A DNA stretch of 64,000 nucleotides. It comes from Nemertoderma westbladi. Lineage: Eukaryota > Animalia > Xenacoelomorpha. Of this stretch, positions 36,922 through 50,200 are shown one piece after another. Position 1 is the first letter of the stretch. Every line of letters begins with the position of its first letter. The notes beneath the pieces are model-generated. The model made no database searches, was not told the origin of the DNA, and was given only the letters and a program-made list of their open reading frames with translations. The stretch lies in contig JAUCBJ010008499.1 of NCBI GenBank assembly GCA_032718475.1, forward strand, positions 62,001 through 126,000, given 5' to 3'. Position numbers and translations under genes: made by a program.

Positions 36922-39117
36922 TGATAAACAACCGCGACCTCTATACTAACAGCAGAACTGTTGAACAGACCAATACCCGTTAATATCCTTCTGCCAACCT
37001 AATAAGTTCTCGTCTAACCAATAAGACACAAAGACTGCTCTACTGTTAAGTAAAGGGGCTCAGGAGCGTGATATTACTAAATTGTAAGGGTTGCTAAATA
37101 CAAGACCGCTACTTACCGTTAGATGGCGCTAATCTGCCGTCCGCTAATATATTTACTAATTTTTACACAACTCCTGCAAAATCGCTTGTTCCTTTCTCTA
37201 CCGATTGCTCAATAGAGAGCTAACTGTTCGAATCTATGAGCCACGCAGGAATAACCAAAACAATAAACCTGAGTCGGCTCCCTAAGCTTACTTAAGACGA
37301 GTGCGAGAGGCCTTGCACTCAGAGTATTCTTACGCCTAATTCTATCACTTATTAAAGCACGCTATTACCTACGTCTTTCTAATCGCGAATACTGGAGGTT
37401 CCCTAACGTAATGTGTGAATGCGAGAATATTTAAATATCAAAAATGGTACAGTAATTGTCTCTCGTGGATAGTACCACTCTGGGTCTAAAATTGCCTGCA
37501 GCTGGCTTTAGGCCAGCAAATCACTAGCGTTTCGTGCGTACTGAATAGTGTGTTCTAGCTGATTGCCCGCTAATGCAAATAACCGCTTAGCGTGAATAGT
37601 TTACAGTACTCTAATTATTACTTTAGCTACTCTCCGCTATGCTGCGTACTAATTCTTAATTTTTTACTAATCAATTACAGTCACAAATATTTAACAGCGT
37701 ACTAATTACTAAGAGTTCCAGAATACGTAATTCTAATTTATTACGCAACAAGTTTCGCTAGTAATAGCCTAAATTTGCCGTATTACTTTGACCTAATCAG
37801 TAACTAATTGTTGTAACTAAGAAATAGAAATCAATCAAAGAGAAAAGAGCGCCTACCTAAACATTCACAATCATAGGCACACTTCAGTAACACACCAATC
37901 AGCATCAGCAATCACAGTTCGCAATTATGCAGTTAACTACTGTATAGCCCACAATTATGCGACTCACTATTCGTACTACACGCTCAACGTTCGAAACGTT
38001 TTGATACGTGCAGGCCTCTCCCGGATACATATAGGACTCCTAACTAACCTGATTCCCGCCCCCCTAATACTAAATAGAGACGAAACCTGGATCATCAGCC
38101 CCCTAACTACTGTACCGGCGATTGGTCTGCGTACCACAGCGTTAACTTCCCGACCGCAACGGTGACCCCACGCCAGCGTTGCTCGCTTTGAATCCTCCGC
38201 TCTCCCTTAGTCGCCCAACCCCCCGATGTGCCCACCGCCCGCTGGCGCCTTAGCCCTCCATTACGCTAATAGCTACCGTAGCGGCGCATGCAAATCACAA
38301 AGTCTGACAGTCTCAGGAATCCCTTAGGATTATTGCGCAGAAAAGAATCACATAGAACCATTAATCAAAAGGTAGAAATCATAGTTCAGTTGTAATTAGC
38401 AGTAATCGAAGGAATTATTGAGAAACACAAGCAAGTAATCGCACTAGCAAATCATTCACGAAATTAATCAAATTAGCAAATTGCAGAAAGTATAAGTATC
38501 AAGAAAAAACAGCAAGACAGGTGCTAGGGCTAGGTGTCATGTGATGAGTTGTGAGGCTCTACCGGCACACCGCCAATTTATAGGTGATCCGGATGGGGTG
38601 ATGCAATAGGGTGACTCAATCGCTTTCTTATTGGCTCTCCAGTCCGTGCTAGCACTAGACCAACCTGGAAGCAGCTAGTCCAATAAGGAGGCCGGATTGT
38701 AGCCCTATTTGCTCCCCTTCCTCGAATTATTACCATATATGGTAATGGTTCACGTCTCTGGCTGCTGAATGGCCAGGACAGCGTCCCTATATGCTAGCCC
38801 TACTAAAGCTAATATCAGCAAGCACGGAATCCAGGGTCCGAATAAACTTACCCTGGAACTATCTACATATAACCTAATACAAAATTACGTAGGTAGGGCT
38901 ACATACTATACAAAATGGATGGATTCAAATATATGGGTGTTTCGATTTCCCTATCTAAATACCACTGCGTTATTATGCCTTATCTAAAATATCATGCTGC
39001 ACAACGGACTAATATTACATACAGTATAACGGACTAATATTGCATACTGCATAACGGACTAATATTGCATACTGCATGATGACTAATATTATGGATACAG
39101 CGCCATATACCGTAACA
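36922..39117 (-). repeat. 3' LTR (~2.2 kb); outer end lacks the terminal 6 bp
   Basis: Direct repeat of 53774-55989; minus strand begins TGTTACGG. Confidence 0.93.
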
Positions 39118-39816
39118 CCGCTCCAAGGGAAATCATACAATGTTTCCCTCCAATTGTAGAAGAGTATAAGGTGATGTATACAAAACAAAATAAATTTCTT
39201 CCAACCAATCTAAATAACATAATAATTCTACTATTTACAAATATTGCCATAGATATTGCATAATGAATTTACATACAAATTAAAATTACAAAATACTGTT
39301 TCTCGTTCGTTCTACATAATGATTACTACATACAAATTAAATTACAAAATATTACTTCCTTTATTTACTTACAAATTGACGATCTACATATTGAAATGAA
39401 ACATGGCTAGGACAATGTCCCCCATTTCCCATCTCAAATTAACAAGCAATATTAACAAGATAAACTAAATATAAACGTATTTGAGGCTAAATTTTTTAAC
39501 TAAATTGCATTAAAGGCCGATAATCAAATTAAATATAAAATACGTAATAATTTCTTTCATTTTCGGACTTTACTTAATTTCTTATAAAAAACGCAAATCA
39601 TCTTGGTTTGATGATTGCTAGGACAAGTGAAAGGAGTAAGCCAAACCCGCAGGTTTGTCTCCCCAATCACTTCCTTCGCCTCTCTCATAATATAAATTCA
39701 AATAATTATGCAACTAGTGTATATGAGTCTAGTCGGATATTTCTAAAATGCTACAATATACATCAGAGCGACGATGATGTATATATCTAGAGTCTGTCGC
39801 CCTGTGATACGATGCA

Positions 39817-42800
39817 TTAACAACCCGCTCCTGGGTTCTTCGGGCTCGCTCCTCTCTTTCGCCCTCTGCCCAGATACACCAGTCGTCCTCTAGTCGACTC
39901 TGTTGACGGCGTCCGTGAGGCGTCACTCCCCGGAACCGACGACGACGTTCCCTGAGCCCCGACAGACTCTCGGCTCGAACTTCTCCCTCGGCCTCGTCCC
40001 AATTGTCGCGCTCCCGTGGTCGCTTCCGCCAACTCTTCCTTCTGCAGTTGCACACGCGCTTTCTCAGACGCCCCCTGCGCCTTGCGCTGCAACCGCTGCG
40101 CTTCTATAATCGAATGGTAGTGGTCGTCCTTGACTTGACGCTTGTCTCGGACCTCTCCTCCTGGTTCTTTCCGCGAGCCTCGCGCTCCAGCGGTCGTCGC
40201 TGTGGTCGCTGCGATCCTTTGCTCTTGTATCCTCTCAGCGGTCAATGAACCCACTGGCACATGAGTCAACAAGAATTCGTTGCGGTACTGTATAGCCGCC
40301 ATCCTCCAATCTCCTCGCGCGCGTACCACCTTTCTAGTCTCCGTAAATACACCCTTCGTAATGCGATCGCAAATGGCAACGAAGTTCCATGTGTACTTAT
40401 TGTCCATGTTCAATTGTCTGAAGTACTCTCGAACTACGATAACTCCAGTGTTCTGTGGAAGGTCTTGAGCAGTTAGGATGAGCTCCTGATATTGTGGTAG
40501 CGATTGTAAATATGGCTCGTACGCAACATGCGATGGGTCTACCGCCCAAAACCCATATCCTGCCTTAAATGGTAACCAACGCATCTGCGCTTGAATATGG
40601 TAATCGGCCACACCCTCCCACTTATCTAACATCTCCCGAAGTAGGTTAGCGCTATGGTTTTGAAAGGAATCATCTCGCAGCTGACATCTTGCGCTACGAT
40701 GTCCCTTTACCCCGCAATATCCGCATTGAGAAATGAAGACGGTGCACGTGTGAAACGAATGGTCGGTCTCATTACACCAACGGCAGACCTTATGCGCCGC
40801 CTCTATTACCGCGTCGCACGACTTTAGATTGTGCCTTGTGCTGCCGCACAATTTGCACCTACGCGCTTGTGGAAACCAGGCCCTCTCGTATATGAGGTCT
40901 CCAATCGGTTTCGCACTTCCTTCCTTCCCAATGTCTAATACGATGTCGTCCTCTCCAGTCAACGGTTGTCGATCCGGAACAAAGTAAACATCCTCGCCCT
41001 TATCCTCTATCTCCAATATTTCCTCCCGCGTTCGTTTCGGATATGTCTTCTCCACCGGAAGATCTACTCCGAACACCTCTACTAACGTTTCCGGCCAGCC
41101 CTCCTTAACAGGTCTATCAGCCTCCGAGTGGAAGGGAGTACCAAACCCGCGGGTTTGATTCCCGAACCACTTCTCCAAAGCTTCTGGCGTCGGATATTCC
41201 ATCGACGGTCGGTCTCCCAAATCTCCGATGTTCTGTCGATATACTCCTTCGAATATCGCTAATCCTCTCCTCACCATCGACGTATTCTCTAACGATTGGT
41301 TGAAGAACGGGGTTAAGAAACGCTTCATCACGTCGGATTGGATTCCCCCTTTCGAGCGAACGTATTGATCTCCTCCGAATACCAATGGATGACGCTTCAA
41401 AACTCGCGCAACGATATCCGCTAATAAACAAGTCACCGTGTTCGACTCAAGCACCAAATAATATTGTAGCGACGCACGGGGTGGCGCGCAAATGTTCCAA
41501 TACACTAACGCTTGCCGCTTGAAGTGGGATTTGAACTCCGCTCCCGGTGGCGTGTTGTATTCGCCATACGCCTCCTCGTACTTCTTCTGCGTCTTCAACT
41601 TAAAGTCCCAATTATACAACAAGTGTGCTATAAAGCCCATACCTGTCTTGGCAGAGTTGGGATACTCCCTATAAATTCCAATATCCTGTGCCCATAGCAA
41701 CAATAGCTTGGTGTCGACAAACGGTCTAGGCAATCTATCTTCCAGATCAGTCATGGCGTTGAAGTCGCTCTCCAAATCGCTCTGGACTCCCGATCCCACC
41801 TTGACGTAATCTTGGTTGAGAATAGCCTCTCTAACTTTCTTGGGTAACATCCTGGCGTCGATACGCTCCGCTCCGTGCATACCTCCTCGCCTGCATACCT
41901 CCAAAATCTGTTCCCTAGGATCCTTCCCTTTCCGATATTGTGTCGTTATGATGGGCTCCGGTCTCTCTCGATCCGCCCTCACACGCATAAACACATGAGT
42001 CACACCATCGGCCGCACGAATTTGAATACACTTGCTAGTCAAGCATTCCTGATGGGACCCTCCTTCATTGTCGTAGAACATCACTCTCCAATCCTGCAGT
42101 GATTCCTCCGTCTTCCTCCACTGACGCTGAATCTCATCTGATGGGGTCCACATGCGCTCGATCGCCTTGTGGTCATCATATCGGGTATAAGAACCCTTCC
42201 TCCTCAGCCACGTCTGGTCTACCTCCTCGTCATCTGGGAATGTAGCCACCGCGACCCATACCTTGATGTACTTATCCAACCATCCGAATAACTTACTCTC
42301 CTTCCCCGGAGCTCCAATCTTATCCAACGTGTCGTAATCTGTGATCTGCATTGGGACATCACGCAAGAACTTCGCGCATAAAACTTCCCGTAAACAGTCA
42401 ACGTTCCAATGGTCCGCCATTCTTACCATCGGCAAGAATCGTATCGCTTCTCGCGACTCCGGATGATCTACTAATATCGCAGGTTCGGTGCCGTCGGAAT
42501 AATACACCGGTCCGGGTTGAGATACGACCTGTGGAACAAATCCGGTCACTCTCCTCGTCTCCTCTTGATGTCTATCCGCGGTCTTATTATACTCTGCTAT
42601 CCTGTTCTCAAATAACTCCTTCGCCTTCGCCGCTCGCTCCTCCTGCCGCAACGCGTCTATGTCGTCCTGATGCTCAGGCGTGAGGCTTCTCACTCGGTGA
42701 GGTGAAGTAAACGCAGTCCAGGGACTCGAGAGCTCCAAACCCGCGGGTTTGGTACCCGAGTCCCGCGCCGCTTCGCGCCGCGCCTCTAGATCCTTGTAGG

Positions 42801-43524
42801 CTCGGTACAGCGAAATGGCCGCTGCCGTCTCTATCAAACTGGGTGTCGAACAGGGTTTAATCTCCGTATACGGATCTAATGTCGTAACGGTCGGCGTAAT
42901 GGGTCTCGGAGGTCGCTTTCCGCTGAAGTCGATACTGATCATCGGGTTGCTCATCGGGTAACCTCCCTCGTTATATCTAAGGAATTGGTGAGCTGGACAT
43001 CGCGTTAATATCGGTTCCGGATGTTGCTCGTCTAGTCGGTCGGGAATCGCTACGTCCTGTTTATTCATGCATTCACCACACTTGTAGAAGAGCTTGTATA
43101 CGCTGAAGACTTTCGGCGTCTCCTGATCCTCGCCTCGAGTCCTCCGATACAGGTGCATTCCGTCGAACTGGTCTCGGACTGCAGGTAGAGGCTCCTCGTG
43201 TCGTAAATACATATTCATATGGTATAGTCGTGCGATTTCCTCGTCCGGATCTGCGCTAATGTCGCACACGTCCAAAGCAAAGTCGTAGGGATACCGCGTG
43301 CGATACTCTTTCCGCAAAACTTCCATCCGGTCCCCCAACGCTCTCATTCTTTCTCTCCGTAATTCTTTATCATAACTTGGTTTATACTTCCCGTTCAGCT
43401 CCATCACGGACCGCCCATGGTAGTAAACGTTAGAATCTTTACATCCCGGTCGCGCGAATGGTAGCTCCGCCTCCTCTCTGGCAGTAAATCCTCTGCGCGG
43501 TTGCGCTCTAATATCCCTCTCCAT
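39817..43524 (-). CDS. Accessory ORF2 of the BEL element, 1235 aa, triple CCHC zinc-knuckle protein of unknown function
   Basis: Uninterrupted ATG-initiated ORF; CKLCGSTRHNLKSC, CRWCNETDHSFHTC, CGYCGVKGHRSARC; RG-rich tail; no evident signal peptide or TM segment. Confidence 0.85.
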   Translation of the reverse strand: MERDIRAQPRRGFTAREEAELPFARPGCKDSNVYYHGRSVMELNGKYKPSYDKELRRERMRALGDRMEVLRKEYRTRYPYDFALDVCDISADPDEEIARLYHMNMYLRHEEPLPAVRDQFDGMHLYRRTRGEDQETPKVFSVYKLFYKCGECMNKQDVAIPDRLDEQHPEPILTRCPAHQFLRYNEGGYPMSNPMISIDFSGKRPPRPITPTVTTLDPYTEIKPCSTPSLIETAAAISLYRAYKDLEARREAARDSGTKPAGLELSSPWTAFTSPHRVRSLTPEHQDDIDALRQEERAAKAKELFENRIAEYNKTADRHQEETRRVTGFVPQVVSQPGPVYYSDGTEPAILVDHPESREAIRFLPMVRMADHWNVDCLREVLCAKFLRDVPMQITDYDTLDKIGAPGKESKLFGWLDKYIKVWVAVATFPDDEEVDQTWLRRKGSYTRYDDHKAIERMWTPSDEIQRQWRKTEESLQDWRVMFYDNEGGSHQECLTSKCIQIRAADGVTHVFMRVRADRERPEPIITTQYRKGKDPREQILEVCRRGGMHGAERIDARMLPKKVREAILNQDYVKVGSGVQSDLESDFNAMTDLEDRLPRPFVDTKLLLLWAQDIGIYREYPNSAKTGMGFIAHLLYNWDFKLKTQKKYEEAYGEYNTPPGAEFKSHFKRQALVYWNICAPPRASLQYYLVLESNTVTCLLADIVARVLKRHPLVFGGDQYVRSKGGIQSDVMKRFLTPFFNQSLENTSMVRRGLAIFEGVYRQNIGDLGDRPSMEYPTPEALEKWFGNQTRGFGTPFHSEADRPVKEGWPETLVEVFGVDLPVEKTYPKRTREEILEIEDKGEDVYFVPDRQPLTGEDDIVLDIGKEGSAKPIGDLIYERAWFPQARRCKLCGSTRHNLKSCDAVIEAAHKVCRWCNETDHSFHTCTVFISQCGYCGVKGHRSARCQLRDDSFQNHSANLLREMLDKWEGVADYHIQAQMRWLPFKAGYGFWAVDPSHVAYEPYLQSLPQYQELILTAQDLPQNTGVIVVREYFRQLNMDNKYTWNFVAICDRITKGVFTETRKVVRARGDWRMAAIQYRNEFLLTHVPVGSLTAERIQEQRIAATTATTAGARGSRKEPGGEVRDKRQVKDDHYHSIIEAQRLQRKAQGASEKARVQLQKEELAEATTGARQLGRGRGRSSSRESVGAQGTSSSVPGSDASRTPSTESTRGRLVYLGRGRKRGASPKNPGAGC

Positions 43525-44283
43525 TATATTACGCGTATATACATATATATATATCCCAATAAGTGCCGTTACGTAACCAACTACACTGTGGGTAAATCAG
43601 TTAGATGTCGCCGAAAGACAGACCTCCCGAACCCCCCCGCCTTCCAGCAGTTCAGGTTCGACTCTCTAGATCCCGTCTCTTCCTAACTAACTATCCTCTA
43701 ACCTATTCCCATGCATAGCGCAAAAACTTTGGAGATAAACTGGCCGTGACCAACTCACTTTTTGATGCCCAAACTACTCCCATTACTCCTACTAAACTAC
43801 AGTAGTTAGAAAGGACCATAGTCACAATACTCGACTATACCAAACCCACAGGTTTGATAATCGAACATCACACATCCTGCAAACTACTGAGTGGGGTCCA
43901 TGTACGCCTCTGGTGCTACTAACCTTTAGCACCTTAGTTGCACTGTTGGCACCAATCTGTGGAAGTTGCTAAACTCAATTTACACTCCTACGTAATATAG
44001 CCGTCACCATGGTTTCTAAATGCTATTTTCCAGGCTTCACGACTTTTCAAATTACTGTTTATCTATAGACGAATTCTAAAACGCGTCTATACACAGCGTC
44101 TGGAATTGTCTTGGGTTCACTTCTAATTTTTAAAATTTTCTAATTTTCCAAAATTTTTTGAAAATAAAATTTTGTTTTGATACCCACCAGACAAAACTCA
44201 ACGCAAATCACCACAACCCCGCTCCTATGCATTTCCTTGTATTTGCATACGAGGAATGCATACGAAGTGAGTTGCGTCCAACA

Positions 44284-47200
44284 CTAACTCTGTTTTGAGG
44301 CAGGAGACAAATTATAATCTCCCGTCTCGATACGTGTCTCCTCTAATAACACAATATCTTGGACCGGTCGGTCCAAGGTGTGTAAACCATTAGTTTTACA
44401 CTTTTTTGGGTGTGGACACTTGCACCTAATTTTCACAGTGACTGTGCGCACTATGTTTTGCACGTCTGGGTGTGTGTGCAAGATCACTCCCGTCTCCCAA
44501 TACTTTCTCTTGACAATAGGTTCGGTTATCAACACGTAATCTCCTCTTTGGAGACTCCGAACCGTTTTGTACCACTTTGTTCTGGTGGATATGGTGGGAA
44601 GATAGTATTCCCGCCAATATTCCCAGAATGTGTACGCCACAAACTGTGTTACTTTCCAGCTTTTACGACTATATAGGTCGGCACTAATGGGTTCTGATGC
44701 CGGCACAAGAAATGCTGGACTCTGCATTAGCAAATGATTCGGCGTTAATGCAACACCGTCTGGCAACATAGCTATCGGCCTCGAGTTTAGGGTATGCTCG
44801 ATTTCAATGAAAGCTGTGACCAGTTCGTCGTCGGTAAGTTGTTTGTTTACAGGCAACGTTTTGGCAATGGCCTGCTTCACAGAGCGAACTAAACGCTCCC
44901 AACTTCCTCCTCTCCAAGGACTTTCTGGAGTATTGAATCTCCACTCAACTCTTTGCGGCAAAAGTGCTGCAGAAATTTCCTTATTCTGTGCTGCTTTATG
45001 AGCCGCGTTCAACTCGCTATTCCCTCCGACAAAGTTTGTACCCTTGTCGGAGTAGAACGCCTTTACTAGTCCTCTCCTGGCCATAAATCTCTTTAAGGCC
45101 AGGAGCAGAGATTTGGTCGACATGTCTGCCACACGCTCAATGTGTATGGCTCTACTCGCCATACATGTCAGTAGCAGACCCCATCGTTTGTGGGTCAGCC
45201 GTCCACTCTTTGCTTCAATCGGACCAAAACAATCCACCCCTGTGTTCGTAAAGGGTGGGTCATATGCCTGCACTCTCGCTTCCGGGAGTTCAGCCATCTC
45301 CTGTTCCAATACTCTGGCGTTCACTCTCTTGCAAACCAGACAGGCGTCGTACATGGTGCCTACTGCCCTGCTTGGCTGCAATAGAATGAATCGCTGTCTC
45401 GCTGCCGACAGACAGTGTAACTTTCCCGCGTGATGCAACCTCTTATGTATATCCCATAAAATCGCTCTTTGCAATTCTATTGGGTGACTAGGGATTATCA
45501 CTGGGAACCGAAACTGTGAGTTTATGTCGACAGTCTGGATTCTCGATCTATGACAAATCAAACCCTTATGGATTAATGGACTCCATTTTCTAAGGGGTTT
45601 ATAGAGAACTGGTCGTTGAGCCGATAATAGATGGAATTCTTTAGGGAAGGCACACATTTGATAATGCTTCAAATGCTTTAATTCCGCTTGATCAATCTCA
45701 TCCTCTGTCAGAGGTTGTTTCAATTTCCGAATTCGCTCACTATTGGCGTTTGATGGTTCTCTCAAATGTTTCGAATGTTTTAAACAAAGGTACGAAACGT
45801 ATCGGCTTAACCACGCAGTTCTTTTACAAATTGTCAGCCAAGAGGCGGACGAATTTAGTAATTTGTCATAAACACTGCATGACTCTAATGCCAGCGACGG
45901 TTGTCCGCTAACTAATGGAAGTTTCGAATCCAAACCCGCAGGTTTGGAAACCAAAGACTCCATTTTGTCGGTCATTTTCTGTCCGTCACTTACCAATTGT
46001 GACTCCGGTTTAGTCTGTAAGGGTGGTTTTATGTCGTAACTTACCCTTCCTGACCTAGTAGTCACGTAAGTCTGTTGGTCTGACAGGTCTCCGGGCCGCT
46101 CCAATGACTCTTCAGGCCGCTCCAATGACTCTTCAGGCCGCTCCAATGACTTAAGTTTGGCTTTAGACTTCGACTTAGAGACTTTCTCCACTTTGACTTC
46201 TGCATCTTCAGGCATCGGATTGGTCACTATCCTTAGTCGCTCTGGCCAATGTTCCTGTGCCCTCGTTAGAAAATCAGGTCCATGCAACCAAAACTCCTGC
46301 GACTCTTCCTGACAGAATTCCGCCGGCATTGCACCTCTCGAAGTTATGTCGGCCGGGTTCAACACTCCTGGACAATGTCTCCACTGTTCCTTCGTCGAAA
46401 AGTCAACGATCTGAGCGCGTCTGTTGGCCACAAATGTCTTTAGTGCAATATTGTCGGCCGCAATGTATACTAACACTAAGGATGCGTCCGTCCAATAGAA
46501 TAAGGTCAATGTCGTGTCTAATTCCTCTGTTATTTGCTTACTTACCTCGACTGAAACTACAGCCGCCTGTAACTCTGCACGAGGGACAGTCATGTATTTG
46601 ACCGGCATTGTCTTTGATCTAGAAGTCACAAAGGCCGTCTCAAACTTGTCCTGACTTACCTCTCGGCGAAGGTAGGCTACCATACCAAAGCCGGTGTCAC
46701 TTGCGTCACTAAACATATGCAGTTCGAGATCAGCTGGAAATACCAGCTGATTCGGAAAGTAGGAACGGGGTACGTCTATGTTTTTCAATAGATGTAACTC
46801 GGCTTCCCACTCTCTCCACTGCTTTGCATGTATAGGAGATATTGGTTCGTCCCACTCTACGTCGGACAACCAAATTTTCCTCATGCACGCTCGTGCCTGT
46901 AATATAACCGGACTGATAAAGTTCATCGGGTCAAATAGTCTACTCAATGTCGATAAGCAAATCCTCTTAGTCAAAACTTTGTCTGGGCTACTGGGCTCAA
47001 ATCTAACTCTTACCTGGAACTTATCTGAGTTCGGGTTCCAAGCGAGTCCCAGTACTCGCGCCATGGGGATTGGTTCTACCCCCAATTCTATGTCTCCGCT
47101 CCCACGATCTTTTACCGGGAACGACTCTAATAGGGCCTCCGAATTCGTAGTGAACTTGGTCAGAGGAAATCCCCCTGTAGCCAAGCACTCTTGCAGGCCG

Positions 47201-50200
47201 TGAGCCACTTCTATGGCTTGTTCCGCCGTGTCCTTGGACACCAATCCGTCGTCCATGTAGAAGTTTCTCAAGATGGACTCGATAACCTCTACTGGGTACT
47301 TACCAATCTGGGCTGTTGCCGTTTTCTTTAGAACAAACAGCGTGCCATTCGGACTATCGCGGGCGCCAAATATCCTAACGTACATTTGGTATGTAACCAC
47401 TGGGCCGGATAAGTCTTCATTCTCGTACCAGAGAAAGCGAAGGCTATCCTGGTCTGCCTTACAGGCTCTTACCTGGTGGAACATCGCCTCGATGTCACAA
47501 GTAAATGCGAATCGTCGCTGTCTAAAACGCAACAGTATTCCTATCAAATAGTTATTCAGGTTGGGACCATCCATCAACTCTGAATTCAGGGACATACCTC
47601 TATAGACTGCTGCGCAGTCGTTGACTACTCGGACTTTGTCTGGCTTGTCAGGGTGAGTCACATAGTGGTGCGGAAGGTAATAAGTCTGGTCTGTCACTAA
47701 GTCAGGGTCCTCTACCTTCCCAGCAAATCCCTTGGCGAAATAGTTGTTGATCTGGGCGCAATACTTCTCCCTAATGTCCGGATTCCTTAACAACCGAGCC
47801 CTTACTCCGTTTAATCTTTTCAAGGCTAAGCTGTAGTTGTTCTCCAACTTAGGTGGTTGTCGACGCCACAACATTCCAACTTCAAAATGTCCAGTCGGTA
47901 GCAGACGTATGGTGTCTTCCATCATCTCCAGCGACCGTTTTTCATCAGTAGACATGGCTAGGTCATATCCACCGGGTTCCATTGCGTCCCTATCCAGCCA
48001 TTCGACGGTTCTGGCTCCTGTCTCGAGGTCCTGGCGTATCAATTCCTTCTGTAATTCCTCCTCACTGTATTGGAAAATGTCGAGGTCTCGATATTTAGCC
48101 ACTTGACCCTCCACTATGTCTGTATAAGTCAAAACGTTAGTCAAATAGGTAGCGTGGGCCGCTGAACCAGACCCACGGGTCTGATAACAGTAGTCCTCGG
48201 GTTCACTATCTGTCCGGTCGTTATGAAGTGGTTCCGACAACCTAACATTATCGGGAATCAACTCCTCGTCCGACTCGCTAAAGTCACTATAGTGGTCAAT
48301 ACAGGTTCTCCTAAACTCGTCTATGTCTGGTGGTTCTACTAACGGTGGTTGAGTTATAGGCTGTAATTCGTCGTATCTGTCCATCGGCTTGTCGCCACCT
48401 GTAAACTCATAAGACATGGGTACTCGTGTATACCAACCTAATATAGTCCTATGGGCATGTGGTCCATTGACATGCGGCTCAGCTGGTCTCGTTTCCCATA
48501 TCTGGTGTGCGATCAGCTGTTCTGCACCAATCAACATAGAAACATTCCTATAACCTACCTGGTGTCTGGGTATCCTGAGCTTGTCAAAATACTCCTGTGC
48601 TATGGGACTCATCGGCGGCACCTTACCTAACTGCCTGCCGAATCCCTTCATAGCTAGACACTTAAATCCGTCCAATGGCAAAGCTTTCCGTTCTTGTCGA
48701 GTATGCTGGTCTCTCGGAAGTAGGGAGTCTAGTTCTACCGAAATTCTGTGTCCCTTGAGGTCTCCTACCTCGTGCATAGACTTCAACTCTATTTGGATCT
48801 CCTCGGCGTCCTGGAAGCTAGAAACAGCTCTCGCCACTTCCTCGTCGATATAAGATAATGTGGACGCAGTGTCCAACATCACATATATTCGCTTCGATCC
48901 CTTATCGCCAGTGAGTTTCACCGGAATCACGCTAAATATTTCCGACGTGGCCGATGATAAATACGTCCGCGCGCTGGTCGATGAACTATCCGCGGTGAAA
49001 CCTTGGCAGGTCACTTCTCTCGCGCTCGACTCGCCATCTTCGTCCGACGAACCTGGTTGGTAACCATCGTCCTGGATGCCGGTGTACGTATTTCTCCTTA
49101 TCGATACGGGTTCTTTGCTCCCCTTCCTGTGAGGATTTCGCTGTAAGTAACGGTCCGTCGGGGTGTGGAAATCCGCATGTAGCAACTTGTGATGTAGTCT
49201 GCCGCATTCCATGCATCCGTCCTTGCTGTTCGGGCACTGCCGCCGTACATGTCCTGGCGCAAGACATGCCCAACAGGTGTCCAACGTCCGCACTTGAACT
49301 CTTCTCTGTTCCGAATTTAATTCTTTGAACCGTCTGCAACTATCTAACTTATGGTCGTCAGATCTTACCTCCTTTAGTAAACAGTATTGGCAACCTACAA
49401 ATCCATCCGGCAACTCCTGTTGCTTTAACCTAGGTCTATCTAACCGCTCACCTGACCATACTCGCGAGTCTGATCTAAAGGCTGGGGTATTCGAATTATA
49501 TCTGTCTACTGAGTTAAATGTCACAGTGGTCCTGTCATCGTCAAAACTTACCATAGACTTACCGGTAACAGGTTTAGACTCCCTCATATTCTCCTCTGAG
49601 AAGTTTGATTTCATCTCTGCTACTGCGTCTGTGGCTATCATGTCATGAATATGCTGAAGTGTCAATACTTTACCTTGGCCCTCCAACTTATTCTCTAATT
49701 TGCGCCATTTCTGTCGATAACGCATATTTAGACGTCTTATTACGCTTTTCAAAACTTCGGCGTGATCACCATGATGAGGTAGATTCACCGTCCTCAAGAT
49801 GTCCAATGCGTTCGAAATAGCGTTCGCTAAGTTCAACAGCTCTAACGGAGTTGTAATCCTTCCGCCCTTACCCAAGTCTTCTACTATCGACTGCGCCATC
49901 TTGGTTTTATTCCCGTAGATGTCGCTAAGCGTCTTCATCGCTAACTCAAATGCTCTCTCGTTGCCGACGAAGTTATCAGCAATGGCTCTAGGTTCTCGAT
50001 GGAGCATCTGAAGCAAATAGTTGAACTTCTCGTTGGGAGTAAAGGTGCTGTTGGTTAGCTGCTCGTCGACATAGGTTTTAAAGGTCCTCCAGTGCTTATG
50101 GTTGCCCATAAACTTCTGGGGTTGTTGCGTCGGCAGTCCTTGCCTAGCAGCAAACTTACCTATGTCCCTAAGGGTTGCGTCGTTCCGGGTTAACAAATGG

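Noticed and set aside
38769-38987. 72-aa ORF duplicated at 55641-55859
   Set aside because: The identity simply reflects the LTR duplication; short, antisense to the element and without motifs.
39817-43524. ORF2 as an envelope glycoprotein
   Set aside because: No N-terminal hydrophobic signal or C-terminal TM helix is visible; zinc knuckles and an RG tail indicate an intracellular protein.
43805-43816. TGGTCCTT (minus strand) resembling a tRNA-Tyr primer-binding site
   Set aside because: Only an 8-nt match and not adjacent to any LTR.
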